Below, piece after piece: positions 35,882-46,091 of a DNA stretch of 64,000 nucleotides (positions are counted from its first letter, which is position 1; each line of letters starts with the position of its first letter). The translations under genes were made by a program, and so were the position numbers. Under the pieces are notes generated by a model. The model did no database searches and had not been told where the DNA came from. It saw nothing but the letters and a program-made list of their open reading frames with translations. Source of the DNA: a virus; the IMG/VR virus record IMGVR_UViG_3300032224_001676, positions 32,001 through 96,000 of that record. One strand, written 5' to 3'.

Positions 35882-38800
35882 TTATATAGTTATAGCAGTT
35901 AATGTCCCAGCTGTTACTTTTCTTTTAGCTGCGGCTTGGTTATTTCCTCCTTCTCCTCCACTACTCCAAGATATATGAAAATGAGGCCCTGTAGCTCCAG
36001 TTGATGGGAAATTATATTCGTTTAAGTATCTAAAATTATTATTTCCAGCTGTTAATGGATCTAGTACTTTACTTATAATGCTATCTACATCAGCTTGAGT
36101 AAATTGGACTTGTTTGGTTTTACTTCCGTCCGCTGATGTCCATGTAAATCCGTTTCTTGGAGCAGATGGGTTTGTAACAGAGAAATCAATAGCATTACCA
36201 GTTGAATGGTGAGGAGCGTTATGGAATGTATCATTCCCAGAATTAGATTCAATTTTAAATGTTGGGAAGTTAGTGTGTATAAGTTCAAATACTTTAGCTG
36301 CTGCTTTGTACATATTTTCAGTTATATCTGCTCTAGTATCATAATTTGCTCCAGATCCTCCTCCTGCTGCTGCTAAAGCAGTTCGAAGTTTAGTTGCCCA
36401 ATATCCGGTTCCACCATTACCTCCGCCATTGCCACCACTGTTTCCTCCAGATGATAATTGTGTTGGTTTAGGTGGTTGTTTAACAGATAAATTTTTATCT
36501 ATAGGAGTACCAAGACTATTCAATGTAGTTGTCCAACCATTAATATCTATTTTATGAGATATACCTTTAACTAAAAATTGTAAATGTTTTCTATAATTTT
36601 CAGGTAGTAAAGTTTCATTAATAGTATATACTTCTAATAATCTAGGACCACTAATTCCATCCAAAGTTATTTGCATGTCTAAAGGTATAAATCCTCTAGG
36701 GGGTATGTAATTTTTATTCACTAGATGACCTATATCATAACTATAAATGTCAGCAGTTGTATAAGATATAGCTGATATATCAGCATCAGATACAACTCCA
36801 TCATTTACTGATTTGTTAAATTTTCTTAATGCCGCTAAATTATTAATATATAAAGTTTCAACATCTGGGGCTGTGCTAGGTTTAGAATTAAGATTTGTTT
36901 TGGTTGGTACTATTCTATCTTTTAAACCTGTATTCCATTTACTAAACGCCGTAGAGTCTTCTCCGACAACATTCCCATTAGCTTGAGCTCCTATACTAAC
37001 CATAGTAGCAAAAGCATTTGAAAATTCAGTTTTAATAACTAAATCTTTAACAAAACTTCCATAATTACTATATAATAAATTAGGATTTATTGGAGTTACA
37101 ACTCCTGGGGTAACACCTGAAACTTTAAATAACTCAGGTATATTTGTGTTGTCTATAATTTTTAATAAATTTGTGTCTTCGTCATATATTACCTCAAAAT
37201 TATTAATATTCCCTAAAGCTGCTTGTACACCTTTCATTAAATTACTTAAAAACTCATATAATGATACAGCTCCTGTTTCAGCGTCTATAAAATTTTCTAA
37301 TACTCTAGCTATATAATCAATATTTAATAATATTCCCATAGTAAAACCAACATATGCACTTTTAGTAGATCTAAAACCATCTTTGTCAGTTTGGTCTAAA
37401 TAATAATATATACCTGATGAGAGAGGAGGAACCCCACCACCTCCTAAAAAAGTAAAAGTTACTGTAGATACTGTTCGTTCACCCGCTACAGTATTATCTG
37501 AAGTAGTGTATGTGGCTCCATTTACTACACCATATATAGTTCCAAATACTCCGTTTATATAAGTATCTAAAACAGTAGGAAGACCCAGTATATCAAAAGT
37601 AGTTGTATTTACTACGTTAGCAAGAGGAGGTGTTTTATATGTTGTAGTAACGTGAGTTTCCCTATATTGAGGAGTAGAAGCAGCTGATACTGTGTCTAGT
37701 GGTATTAGACAAACTGTAGGATCTGTGCTACATTGATTAGGTATAGTAAAACAATAATTATGATAAAAATCCCAATCAATTCCTATTATTGGAGGATAAC
37801 CTTCACCTTTATCTACTAATGGTATTGCATTTTTGTTGGTATCATAATATAATAAATAACTTTCTATTACTTTAAGTAGAGTACCAAGTTTTACATAGTA
37901 CTGGGCTCCATACCAAGTACCTTGTTGTAGATTAGGGAATCCAGCCCCCAAACCTTCTAATATTGAATAAAATGGAAGACCAGTATCTCTTTTAAAATTA
38001 GTTGAAAAACCAGTATTCGCTGATATTTGGTCAGTATTTGCTGGTCCATTTGGAGGAATCCCATCTATTATTTTAACGCTTCCTGCTCCTGATCCTCCTC
38101 CACTCCATAATTGATTAGAAAAGTAATTAAGTATAGTATTTAAGGTGGATTTATTTTGGTTTGTATAATATGTAGGATCATTTGATCCTGAGGTTATAGC
38201 TGCTTGTACTTTAGGATAGTTGGTGTTGATTTTTAAAGATTCAATAACGTCCCCAGCAGATACTAAATTAAGAGTAATATCGTAACCACCATCTTGCCTT
38301 AAGGTCCATGAGAAATTTTTTACAAATCCATAAAACCCATCATAATTTCCATCAGATTGTCTTCTTTGTTCTCGGATTTTAGTTAATACAACATTTTCAT
38401 TTAGATTAACTGATACTCCATTTAGTGTAGTTGAACCTGCTAAAAAATCATCTGATATGCTGTAACTTGTATTTTCAAGTAAATTACCACTATTGTCAAA
38501 AAATATTGAATGACCCCACTCAAGTAACATGCTATATTTTAAACGCAAATATAAAGTTTCAATAACTTTAAATTGTTGTAAATTATGACATATTATTTTA
38601 ATGTCTGCAAATCGCAATGAACCTCGGTTAACAGATTTTATATCAGCTGATATTATACCTGGGGGTGGAACGTGTCCGTAATCAGAATCAGATAAGAATC
38701 CATATGATGAATTATCATTATACCCAACTCCTTTAGTTATCGTTTTGCCACCGTTAAATTGAGCTCCAAATAATTGAAATTCTTTAGCTAGATTAGCCCC

Positions 38801-39013
38801 AGATCCATATGAGTATGAAGAATTAGAAAATACTTCAGCAAGTCTAGTTGCATCTACATCTATGCCAGATGTTAGCTTTAACCATGGGGTTTTAGAGTTC
38901 ATGTATTTTAATACATCTTCACTTCTATTATTTGTCCCTAATTTTTCTTGACGAATTTGAATTTGACCTTGTACATACGGGTCAAATGCTTGTCCTATTA
39001 CTCCACTAGCCAT
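35882..39013 (-). CDS. Baseplate hub-like protein with C-terminal M15/LAS-type peptidase
   Basis: 1043 aa after the LysM gene; FLVKGISHKI..GWTT hub-like strand, G-rich linker, then HSTGNAIDF and HFH. Confidence 0.65.
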   Translation of the reverse strand: MASGVIGQAFDPYVQGQIQIRQEKLGTNNRSEDVLKYMNSKTPWLKLTSGIDVDATRLAEVFSNSSYSYGSGANLAKEFQLFGAQFNGGKTITKGVGYNDNSSYGFLSDSDYGHVPPPGIISADIKSVNRGSLRFADIKIICHNLQQFKVIETLYLRLKYSMLLEWGHSIFFDNSGNLLENTSYSISDDFLAGSTTLNGVSVNLNENVVLTKIREQRRQSDGNYDGFYGFVKNFSWTLRQDGGYDITLNLVSAGDVIESLKINTNYPKVQAAITSGSNDPTYYTNQNKSTLNTILNYFSNQLWSGGGSGAGSVKIIDGIPPNGPANTDQISANTGFSTNFKRDTGLPFYSILEGLGAGFPNLQQGTWYGAQYYVKLGTLLKVIESYLLYYDTNKNAIPLVDKGEGYPPIIGIDWDFYHNYCFTIPNQCSTDPTVCLIPLDTVSAASTPQYRETHVTTTYKTPPLANVVNTTTFDILGLPTVLDTYINGVFGTIYGVVNGATYTTSDNTVAGERTVSTVTFTFLGGGGVPPLSSGIYYYLDQTDKDGFRSTKSAYVGFTMGILLNIDYIARVLENFIDAETGAVSLYEFLSNLMKGVQAALGNINNFEVIYDEDTNLLKIIDNTNIPELFKVSGVTPGVVTPINPNLLYSNYGSFVKDLVIKTEFSNAFATMVSIGAQANGNVVGEDSTAFSKWNTGLKDRIVPTKTNLNSKPSTAPDVETLYINNLAALRKFNKSVNDGVVSDADISAISYTTADIYSYDIGHLVNKNYIPPRGFIPLDMQITLDGISGPRLLEVYTINETLLPENYRKHLQFLVKGISHKIDINGWTTTLNSLGTPIDKNLSVKQPPKPTQLSSGGNSGGNGGGNGGTGYWATKLRTALAAAGGGSGANYDTRADITENMYKAAAKVFELIHTNFPTFKIESNSGNDTFHNAPHHSTGNAIDFSVTNPSAPRNGFTWTSADGSKTKQVQFTQADVDSIISKVLDPLTAGNNNFRYLNEYNFPSTGATGPHFHISWSSGGEGGNNQAAAKRKVTAGTLTAITI

Positions 39014-39019
39014 AACTTA

Positions 39020-39322
39020 TTAAATTTCATTTATAAAATTATACAAACGAACAACACCATTTGTATTAACAGGAATTCTTAATTGTGTTCCATCAGGTAA
39101 ATATAATGAATCTTGAGGTAATTCATCATTTGCTGCTGAAATTATCCACCATAATGTAGCATCATTATAATACTGCTGTGCTAATAAATCTAATCTATCG
39201 CCAGATGTTGTGATTACATATATATCACTTAAACTCTTAGGGACAATAGGAAATTTTACATCTCTGTAATATTTAACTCCGTTTGAGTTATTTAAGGTAG
39301 CAACATTCTGGTTACGATTCAT
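39020..39322 (-). CDS. LysM/tail X (gp53-like) baseplate protein
   Basis: GDRLDLLAQQYYNDATLWWIISAAN..GTQLRIP. Confidence 0.88.
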   Translation of the reverse strand: MNRNQNVATLNNSNGVKYYRDVKFPIVPKSLSDIYVITTSGDRLDLLAQQYYNDATLWWIISAANDELPQDSLYLPDGTQLRIPVNTNGVVRLYNFINEI

Positions 39323-39334
39323 ATTATTAATTTA

Positions 39335-41578
39335 TTAGAAACTTGGGATCCCATTTATAAGCTCAGGTCCATTAGTATATATAGATTGAGGGGTAATAAT
39401 ATTAGGATCTTGGAACATTATTTCTCCAGGGTATTCATTTAAGAACGCTTCTGGGGTGTTTGGGTTTATAGGATCTAATGTAGTGTTAGGAAGTGCTACA
39501 ACATTAGATGTGTTTTGGATAGATTGGTAGGAAGTTGTTTTTGATTTTTGGTCAAAAGCATCTCCTAAAATAGTAGTTGGATTGCTTCCTCCGTTATCAG
39601 TATAATCATTTCCTACAAGATTTCCATATGCGTCTTGTAATTCTCCTGTTAATAATTTACTATTACCTGGTGTTCCAACTCCTAATACACTTACTGTAGG
39701 TGTATTTCCATCTTCGTCTGGTATAATACGTTGGGTTGTATTCTTAGCCAAATTATTATGAATTCCTCTGATTCCTATATATGATTCCCCTAGTTTAGGT
39801 ACATACTTGTGAACAGGAGTGAATGCTAAATTAATTTTAATAAGTTTAGGTAGTTGTCCTGTATAAAGAGCAGAATTTTTAAGGATGTTAGTTCCATCTA
39901 CGTTTCTATTAATATCCCACCCCGCTTCAAATACAGGTGTATATGTAAGTGTTTTAATTATGCCGGGTACCCCATTAAAATAATTTCCTAATGTCATTTT
40001 AACTAAGTTACCACGCATAAAACCAACGCTAGAATAATCAGGTGTAAGTAATGATCCTAAATAATTAAGTTTTCTAAAGTTATAAAGCATATCTGCTCTA
40101 GATAAAGCTACAACATTAAAGTTTATATTAAAATCTCTAGTATATCCTTTATATTTATAAAAATTTTCTCCTCTACCTACATATTTAAATGCTTCCCATT
40201 CACCATTGAAAGTATCTGTAAAGTCATCTATATAAGCTTTAAAATCTAATAAAACGTTACTTCCTCCATTTGATATAGAAGTAATATTAAAATCAATTAT
40301 GTCTTCTCCTAATACTCCTTTTTCAGTTTGGTCAGGAGAAATAGCTATATTAGGGTTAAGAACTCTAGCTCCATTTTTAAAATTTCCCTTATATGTTGTT
40401 ATGCTAGTATCATAGGTTAATTCTCTATTAAATACTTTATATGAAGTAGAAGGAATACCATCACCTGTAGATGTAGCATTTATTTTACCTCTAAAATCTG
40501 TGATCGCATTACTAGCTCCGTTTTTATGAGACACAGCGACCATACTTGTTGCTGAGCCTGAGGCTTGGACTTCACTTGGATTTAATAATTGGGTATAATT
40601 AAATACGTAAACATTATTTTCTCCTTTGCTTGGTTTAGGTGGTAAAAAAGTATTAGTTTTTCCAAAACTAGGTTGGTTTAAATTAGCAACAGATGTAAGA
40701 GAATTTGATGTTATGTTTAATTTTTTAGTTTCATTGAAATATAAGAGACTAACCCCAGCTAACCCAGTATTTATAGTTCCAAGATTTAAATTATTATATA
40801 CAGATGTACCTTTACTTATAATTATATTTCCATTAACTATAGCTGATTCTGTTTTAGATTTAGTATCAAAATTTCTTTGAGGTGTCCGAGCAGAATTAAC
40901 TAAGCGTATTCTGGTTTTTCCAAACGGTACCCCTAAAGTACTAGGACCGCCAGCATATGATATTAATATCCCAGGTTGATTAGAGATGTTAAATTCTACT
41001 TCAGATAATTCATTTCTATAATCAGTATTAATTTTAGAAGAATATAAACCTAATAGTCGATTTATATTTTGTTTATTAAGGTCACCAATAATATCATAAT
41101 AACCACCTTTTCCACCTATATAATATGATCTTTCAAATGGGACTAAACCTTGTTTGTTTAAATGTCCACCAAATGCTGACACTCCAGTTTGGAGTATAGT
41201 ACTAGTAGGACTATATATTCTTCTTTGGTATGTAGTTTTAGGATTTTGACGTTCTAGTAATAATTGTTTAGTAGTAAACAATAAACCATTTGGTGATTTG
41301 GTATCAAATAAAAATTTAGAAATCCTACTAACGTCTTCTGCTGTATCTGCAGCTGTAAGAATGCCACCTCTAAGTAAAAAATCAGTGCTGTTTACTGTGT
41401 AATCATTAAGCCCAGGAATGTCTTTAACAATATAAGGTTGGTCACTCGACCCTCCTCCTTTTCTGTCATTCCCGTAATCTAATTTTTTAGCAGAGAAATT
41501 ACCTAAACCCCCTAGTTGTCCTTTGGAGTTGTAATAGTAAAAGTTAGGTAGGTTAGTTACTAAATTTATTAATCCCAT
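39335..41578 (-). CDS. Baseplate/tube-initiator-like structural protein
   Basis: FKAYIDDFTD..W..YVGRGE..Y.GYTR; lies between tape measure and LysM genes. Confidence 0.6.
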   Translation of the reverse strand: MGLINLVTNLPNFYYYNSKGQLGGLGNFSAKKLDYGNDRKGGGSSDQPYIVKDIPGLNDYTVNSTDFLLRGGILTAADTAEDVSRISKFLFDTKSPNGLLFTTKQLLLERQNPKTTYQRRIYSPTSTILQTGVSAFGGHLNKQGLVPFERSYYIGGKGGYYDIIGDLNKQNINRLLGLYSSKINTDYRNELSEVEFNISNQPGILISYAGGPSTLGVPFGKTRIRLVNSARTPQRNFDTKSKTESAIVNGNIIISKGTSVYNNLNLGTINTGLAGVSLLYFNETKKLNITSNSLTSVANLNQPSFGKTNTFLPPKPSKGENNVYVFNYTQLLNPSEVQASGSATSMVAVSHKNGASNAITDFRGKINATSTGDGIPSTSYKVFNRELTYDTSITTYKGNFKNGARVLNPNIAISPDQTEKGVLGEDIIDFNITSISNGGSNVLLDFKAYIDDFTDTFNGEWEAFKYVGRGENFYKYKGYTRDFNINFNVVALSRADMLYNFRKLNYLGSLLTPDYSSVGFMRGNLVKMTLGNYFNGVPGIIKTLTYTPVFEAGWDINRNVDGTNILKNSALYTGQLPKLIKINLAFTPVHKYVPKLGESYIGIRGIHNNLAKNTTQRIIPDEDGNTPTVSVLGVGTPGNSKLLTGELQDAYGNLVGNDYTDNGGSNPTTILGDAFDQKSKTTSYQSIQNTSNVVALPNTTLDPINPNTPEAFLNEYPGEIMFQDPNIITPQSIYTNGPELINGIPSF

Positions 41579-41928
41579 TATCCTGGTTGGTTATCTAAAT
41601 ATCTTGGAGGTGTTTGTCCTTCTAAGTCTAATATTGACCCAGGCAACGTCGTTGCTAAAAGCATACCAGTTTGTAATAATACTTGATTTTGGTATGTTTG
41701 TGGTGTTTGACCATTATATCCATCTAATTGAGTTTGGGTCAATGATGTTGCTAATACAGTTGTATTAACGTTATATTGTGGTGGTGTAACCGCGTCTAAA
41801 TCTAATTGAGACCCAGCTAGTGTAGCTGCGTTTAATACAGATACAGATTGGTTAAATCCTGGAGGTGTCTGGCCATCTTGTGCGGTGAGATTAGAGCCAT
41901 TTTGCGCGAGTAAATCTAAAAGTCCCAT
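41578..41928 (-). CDS. Small structural protein with internal repeats
   Basis: Four copies of S.LD..G.TPP.Y-like unit. Confidence 0.6.
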   Translation of the reverse strand: MGLLDLLAQNGSNLTAQDGQTPPGFNQSVSVLNAATLAGSQLDLDAVTPPQYNVNTTVLATSLTQTQLDGYNGQTPQTYQNQVLLQTGMLLATTLPGSILDLEGQTPPRYLDNQPG

Positions 41929-41957
41929 ATGTGTGTTTTATTATAAATATTAAAAAA

Positions 41958-44408
41958 TTAAGCCATGTTAGTATTATACATAACATTATTAGTTGTATTT
42001 ACAGCATTTGTAACTGTTCGGTTTTGGCCTATTTTTTCACCATCTAATTCTACCGATACATTCATTGATCTAATAGCTGCTACTACACTATCAAATTTAG
42101 CATTAAATGAGTCTATTAATTGTTTATTACTAACACCTCCTTCAGATGCAGCATTAACTTTATTTAAAGGTGTTATAGTAGCGCCTGGCCTTTCGGTTCT
42201 AATTTCAGGTCCATTTTCTCCTACCATCACTGCTCCTGCTCCTACAACTGTTCCTCCACTTGCTAAACCAGGTGTTGGTTTTGAGGTATTTGAAGATTTA
42301 AATGTATTTTTGATAGATTCAATATTTTGGCCTGATGCTGTATTTTTAAATTCGGTTCCCATTAAAGACTGAACTCCGGATACTATCCAGTGAAGAGGAT
42401 CAGCTAAAGCAACGATATTTAACAATAATTTAAGTAATTGTCCTACAAATCCTACTATAGGTCCTACAACTTTAAGAATACCAGCAAACGCGTCTACTAT
42501 AGGCATAAGTGATTCCATTACTGATACTAAAATTTCTTTAAATTTTTCAGTTGTGTCATTCCATCTTTCTTGAGCTGATTGAGATTGGAATTGTTGTGCT
42601 AATTTTTCATCACCTAATTTTTTTATAGCTCCTTCGACACCATATTGCTTAACTAATTCATCATATTTCTTTTTAGCTTCTTCAGTATTCTTTGCTCCTA
42701 CATTTTTTAAAGCTTCTTGGTTCATCAACATTTCAGCCATTTCATCTTTTTGCATACCCATTGATTTGGCTATCGCATCTTGTTGAAGACGATTCATGTT
42801 TTGGAATTTAGAAGCTGTTATATTTTGAGCTGCTAATTCTCTAGCAAACCCAACCATATCATTATTTAAGTATGCTAATCTAGCACCCTCTAAATTTAAT
42901 TGTTCGCCTGTTAACAATTGAGCTTCTAATTCGGCAGATATTGAGTCTTCGAATTGTAATAATGATTCTCCGGCTTTTTCTAATTTATCTAAAGATGTAC
43001 CTAATTTAGCAGCTTCGTACCCCGCTTTCATAAATTCTTTAGGCATATTAGCGTAAGTAAGAAGTAATGTTTTTGAAGATTTCATTAAATCCTCAAATAA
43101 TTTTTTCTCATTAATAGCTGTGTCATTTTGCATATTTAAAGCTACAGCTTGGCCTTGCATTAATGCTAAATTTTCAGATATATCTCCTTTAGTAGCTAGA
43201 TTAATTCTAGAAAACTCATCCATAGCTTCCGCTGAGTATTTAGCTTGGTGGGTTATTTGAGCGTAATCGACATTCATTTCGGCAGATAACATAGCATTAG
43301 TACCTAATACTTTATTTATAGCCATGTTAGCTTCTTGAATTTTCTTAGTACTAACAGAGGTAGCCATTGATAGATTAGCTTGAGTATTCATCTCATCACT
43401 AAGACGAGCTGCTTCAGCGTAGCTAATACCAAATTCTCCAGCCATATCACCTATGGCTTTATCAACTTCCTTAAATGTTTTTTTAAGTTCTTCTATTACT
43501 TCTCCAATTTTCTCAATAGCCATCGCTAAAAGCATACCCTCAGGTCCTGCGGCTGATAGCATTGAGGACATTCCTCCGCCACCTCCGCCGCCTCCCATCA
43601 TTCCACCAATTCCTCCACCTCCGCCTCCTGGGGGTGGGGGTGGTGTACCAGCACCACCTGGAGGGGTAAATGCTGATCCTTTATATGAATTAGAACCCGC
43701 TAGTCGTTTGGTTATAGCTTGACCTATTTCTCCTTTTCCAAATAAGGCACTTAATGCTTTAAATTTACCTTCAAAAGCTCTGGTTCCTTTAGCAGCGTTA
43801 TTTAATTCACCATCTATATCACCAATAAGTTCTTTTGACTCTTTTTCTTGATCAAGAAGAATTTTATTTTGAGTTTCGATATCTTTTTTAGTAGCTAAAA
43901 TTTCTTGATATCGTTTTCTTTCTTCACCTGCAGTTTGGTTAAATTTTCTTCCGTTAAGGATACCTTTTAGTTCACTATCTAATCCTTGGGCTCTAAGTTG
44001 ATTTAATCTTAATGAATCAGTTATACGTTGCTTATGTAAAGCCGCTTGTTTTTGAAGTTCTTTAATTTCTTGTCCGGAAAGATCAATATCTCCTTTTTTA
44101 AATTTAATAAGATCTCTAGCTATGTCAGTTAATCCACGATATGCTTTAGATGTTTCTTTAATAGCATTTGGTCCTTTTTTTAACTCGGACATAGCGTCAC
44201 GAAGGCCACTTAATGAATCACTTATTGACTCATTAAATTTATCATACTCTCTAGTAATATCTTTAAGACCAGCTGTTAATATAGCTATAATTTCTTCTAC
44301 TTTATTAGTATTGAAATTTCTAGCATTAAATGGGTTCTTTTTCCCTAAAGCATCATACTTTTCTTCTATCTGTTTTAACAGTTCGTCTATTTCTTTCTTA
44401 CCAGCCAT
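41958..44408 (-). CDS. Tape measure protein
   Basis: 816 aa A/E/K/Q-rich helical protein, LASGGTV..MVGENGPE near the C-terminus, follows the tail chaperone genes. Confidence 0.85.
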   Translation of the reverse strand: MAGKKEIDELLKQIEEKYDALGKKNPFNARNFNTNKVEEIIAILTAGLKDITREYDKFNESISDSLSGLRDAMSELKKGPNAIKETSKAYRGLTDIARDLIKFKKGDIDLSGQEIKELQKQAALHKQRITDSLRLNQLRAQGLDSELKGILNGRKFNQTAGEERKRYQEILATKKDIETQNKILLDQEKESKELIGDIDGELNNAAKGTRAFEGKFKALSALFGKGEIGQAITKRLAGSNSYKGSAFTPPGGAGTPPPPPGGGGGGIGGMMGGGGGGGGMSSMLSAAGPEGMLLAMAIEKIGEVIEELKKTFKEVDKAIGDMAGEFGISYAEAARLSDEMNTQANLSMATSVSTKKIQEANMAINKVLGTNAMLSAEMNVDYAQITHQAKYSAEAMDEFSRINLATKGDISENLALMQGQAVALNMQNDTAINEKKLFEDLMKSSKTLLLTYANMPKEFMKAGYEAAKLGTSLDKLEKAGESLLQFEDSISAELEAQLLTGEQLNLEGARLAYLNNDMVGFARELAAQNITASKFQNMNRLQQDAIAKSMGMQKDEMAEMLMNQEALKNVGAKNTEEAKKKYDELVKQYGVEGAIKKLGDEKLAQQFQSQSAQERWNDTTEKFKEILVSVMESLMPIVDAFAGILKVVGPIVGFVGQLLKLLLNIVALADPLHWIVSGVQSLMGTEFKNTASGQNIESIKNTFKSSNTSKPTPGLASGGTVVGAGAVMVGENGPEIRTERPGATITPLNKVNAASEGGVSNKQLIDSFNAKFDSVVAAIRSMNVSVELDGEKIGQNRTVTNAVNTTNNVMYNTNMA

Positions 44409-44445
44409 AAAGTAGATTTGTTATAAATATTTAATTCTTAAATTT

Positions 44446-44760
44446 TTATTTATAACTTGGGGCTTTTTGAGGAGCAATTGGTTTAGGTATGCTATTTTTA
44501 TCAACTAGAATATTACCCTGAGAGTCCATTACTGTTGTAGTATTGGGTTTATTTACTTTAGATACTCTATCCCGTTCATTATCATGGAATTTTTGGATTT
44601 CACTAAATGTGAAGTTTCTTAGCCAAACAGGCATATTATAGACTGTTTCCCATGAGTATCCACCATTACCATGAAATACTATTTCATGTATTTGTTTAAA
44701 AACGTTAAATCGAGCTTCAGAAGTATTACTCGTAGTCAGGCCAAAAAAAGTTAAGTCCAA
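44446..44760 (-). CDS. Tail assembly chaperone, downstream frame (probably reached by frameshift)
   Basis: Only a TTG start inside the upstream gene; QIHEIVFHG..YNMPVWLR. Confidence 0.65.
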   Translation of the reverse strand: MDLTFFGLTTSNTSEARFNVFKQIHEIVFHGNGGYSWETVYNMPVWLRNFTFSEIQKFHDNERDRVSKVNKPNTTTVMDSQGNILVDKNSIPKPIAPQKAPSYK

Positions 44761-45460
44761 TTGGAATGGAAATCGATTCGTTACTTCCGAGGGGAAAAAA
44801 AGTTAGATCTACATCTGGTTGAATTGTTTTAATATGATCTCTTAATGCTCGAGAATCTCGAGCTAATAAAGCCGTATCGACATATTCTCGTATAGTTTTA
44901 GTATCTCTATCTCCGTTAACAGATGTAATAATATATTTCATGCGAGTAGATAACTCAGCTGAGATATTTGAGTTAATTTTCTTTAAACCATTGATTTCTG
45001 CTTCAATTTTCTTTTCCTCATGTCCCGTTAATAATCTGAATGTGATTGGGGTTTGAGAAGCAGGTAATATATAAGAGAATTCATTAACACCAGGTGTAAA
45101 TAATGTTTCATCGATAATTTTATTATCTAGTGTAGACAAATCTACTTCATGATGTTCGTTGTTATATTTAAATTTATAGTCCTTGCCGTATCCTAAAACA
45201 CGAGAAGCAACCATAACAGCGTTTTTATCGCCTACTATCAAGTCATCATAATTTATCTTAGATACAATGAGCGAAGTCATTAATTTATCTAAAACAATTC
45301 CTTTTTGAATATATGATTGATTAGTTAGAATATCTTCTTCTTTAGCAGTCATATACTTCATTTCTATTTTACCGCTTGAAAGTGGGTTATCTTTAGGATA
45401 CACTAAACCTTTAGAAGGCAATTCAACAATTTCTGTTGGGACGTTAATTTTATTTTCCAT
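44726..45460 (-). CDS. Tail/baseplate assembly chaperone (gp26-like)
   Basis: LPSKGLVY, MTAKEEDIL, ends NFFWPDYE; between tube and tape measure genes. Confidence 0.8.
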   Translation of the reverse strand: MENKINVPTEIVELPSKGLVYPKDNPLSSGKIEMKYMTAKEEDILTNQSYIQKGIVLDKLMTSLIVSKINYDDLIVGDKNAVMVASRVLGYGKDYKFKYNNEHHEVDLSTLDNKIIDETLFTPGVNEFSYILPASQTPITFRLLTGHEEKKIEAEINGLKKINSNISAELSTRMKYIITSVNGDRDTKTIREYVDTALLARDSRALRDHIKTIQPDVDLTFFPLGSNESISIPIGLNFFWPDYE

Positions 45461-45507
45461 GATCTTTATTTAATTATAACATTATTATCATATATAAATA
45501 TATAAAG

Positions 45508-45534
45508 AAAAAAAAAGCTCAACAAAAGTTGAGC
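45508..45534 (-). terminator. Intrinsic terminator after the tail tube gene
   Basis: GCTCAAC-TTTT-GTTGAGC followed by a long T-run. Confidence 0.85.
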
Positions 45535-45556
45535 CTCTTTTAAATTATTTTTACTA

Positions 45557-46045
45557 TTAGTAGTTCAATACGCAATAATCCATACCTACGACCATTGAGA
45601 TATTTTGAGCTACAGATTCATTATCATAGTTGTAATCTCCAAAGTTAGCAGATTTAATAAATGCTCCTTTGATAATCCATTCACTCACTACATCACCTAC
45701 AGGACCTAGGATATCAATGGTTAAATCTTTTTTATAGAAATCTGAATACCCATCTCTACCTGTTACTGATTCGTGGTGTAGACGTACCCATTCCATTACT
45801 GCCTGAGCACCTGATGGTGTTACTGGGTCGAATAATGTTAATGTGATATCGCTCCATTTTGATTTACCTTTTACTTTACGATAAATGTTTATATGGTTTA
45901 AAACTACTTCATCAGCGGTATATTCAACACCTGTTACTCCTTTGATTATATAACTTGGAAAACCATCTACATAAAGGATAAATCTGTTCTGCTGTTTGGG
46001 TTCAAACGCTGTAAAAAATATTTCGTTTGCATCTAAAATTGCCAT
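45557..46045 (-). CDS. Tail tube protein (gp19-like)
   Basis: FEPKQQNRF, WSDITLTL.D, YKKDL.I..LGPVG..V.EW..KGAF. Confidence 0.9.
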   Translation of the reverse strand: MAILDANEIFFTAFEPKQQNRFILYVDGFPSYIIKGVTGVEYTADEVVLNHINIYRKVKGKSKWSDITLTLFDPVTPSGAQAVMEWVRLHHESVTGRDGYSDFYKKDLTIDILGPVGDVVSEWIIKGAFIKSANFGDYNYDNESVAQNISMVVGMDYCVLNY

Positions 46046-46091
46046 GTTTCTATTGTATTTTATTTATTATACATATTTATTTTTTCAACTC

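Noticed and set aside
43560-43670. GC-rich stretch in the tape measure gene as a foreign insert or structured RNA
   Set aside because: Explained by in-frame poly-Pro/poly-Gly codons.
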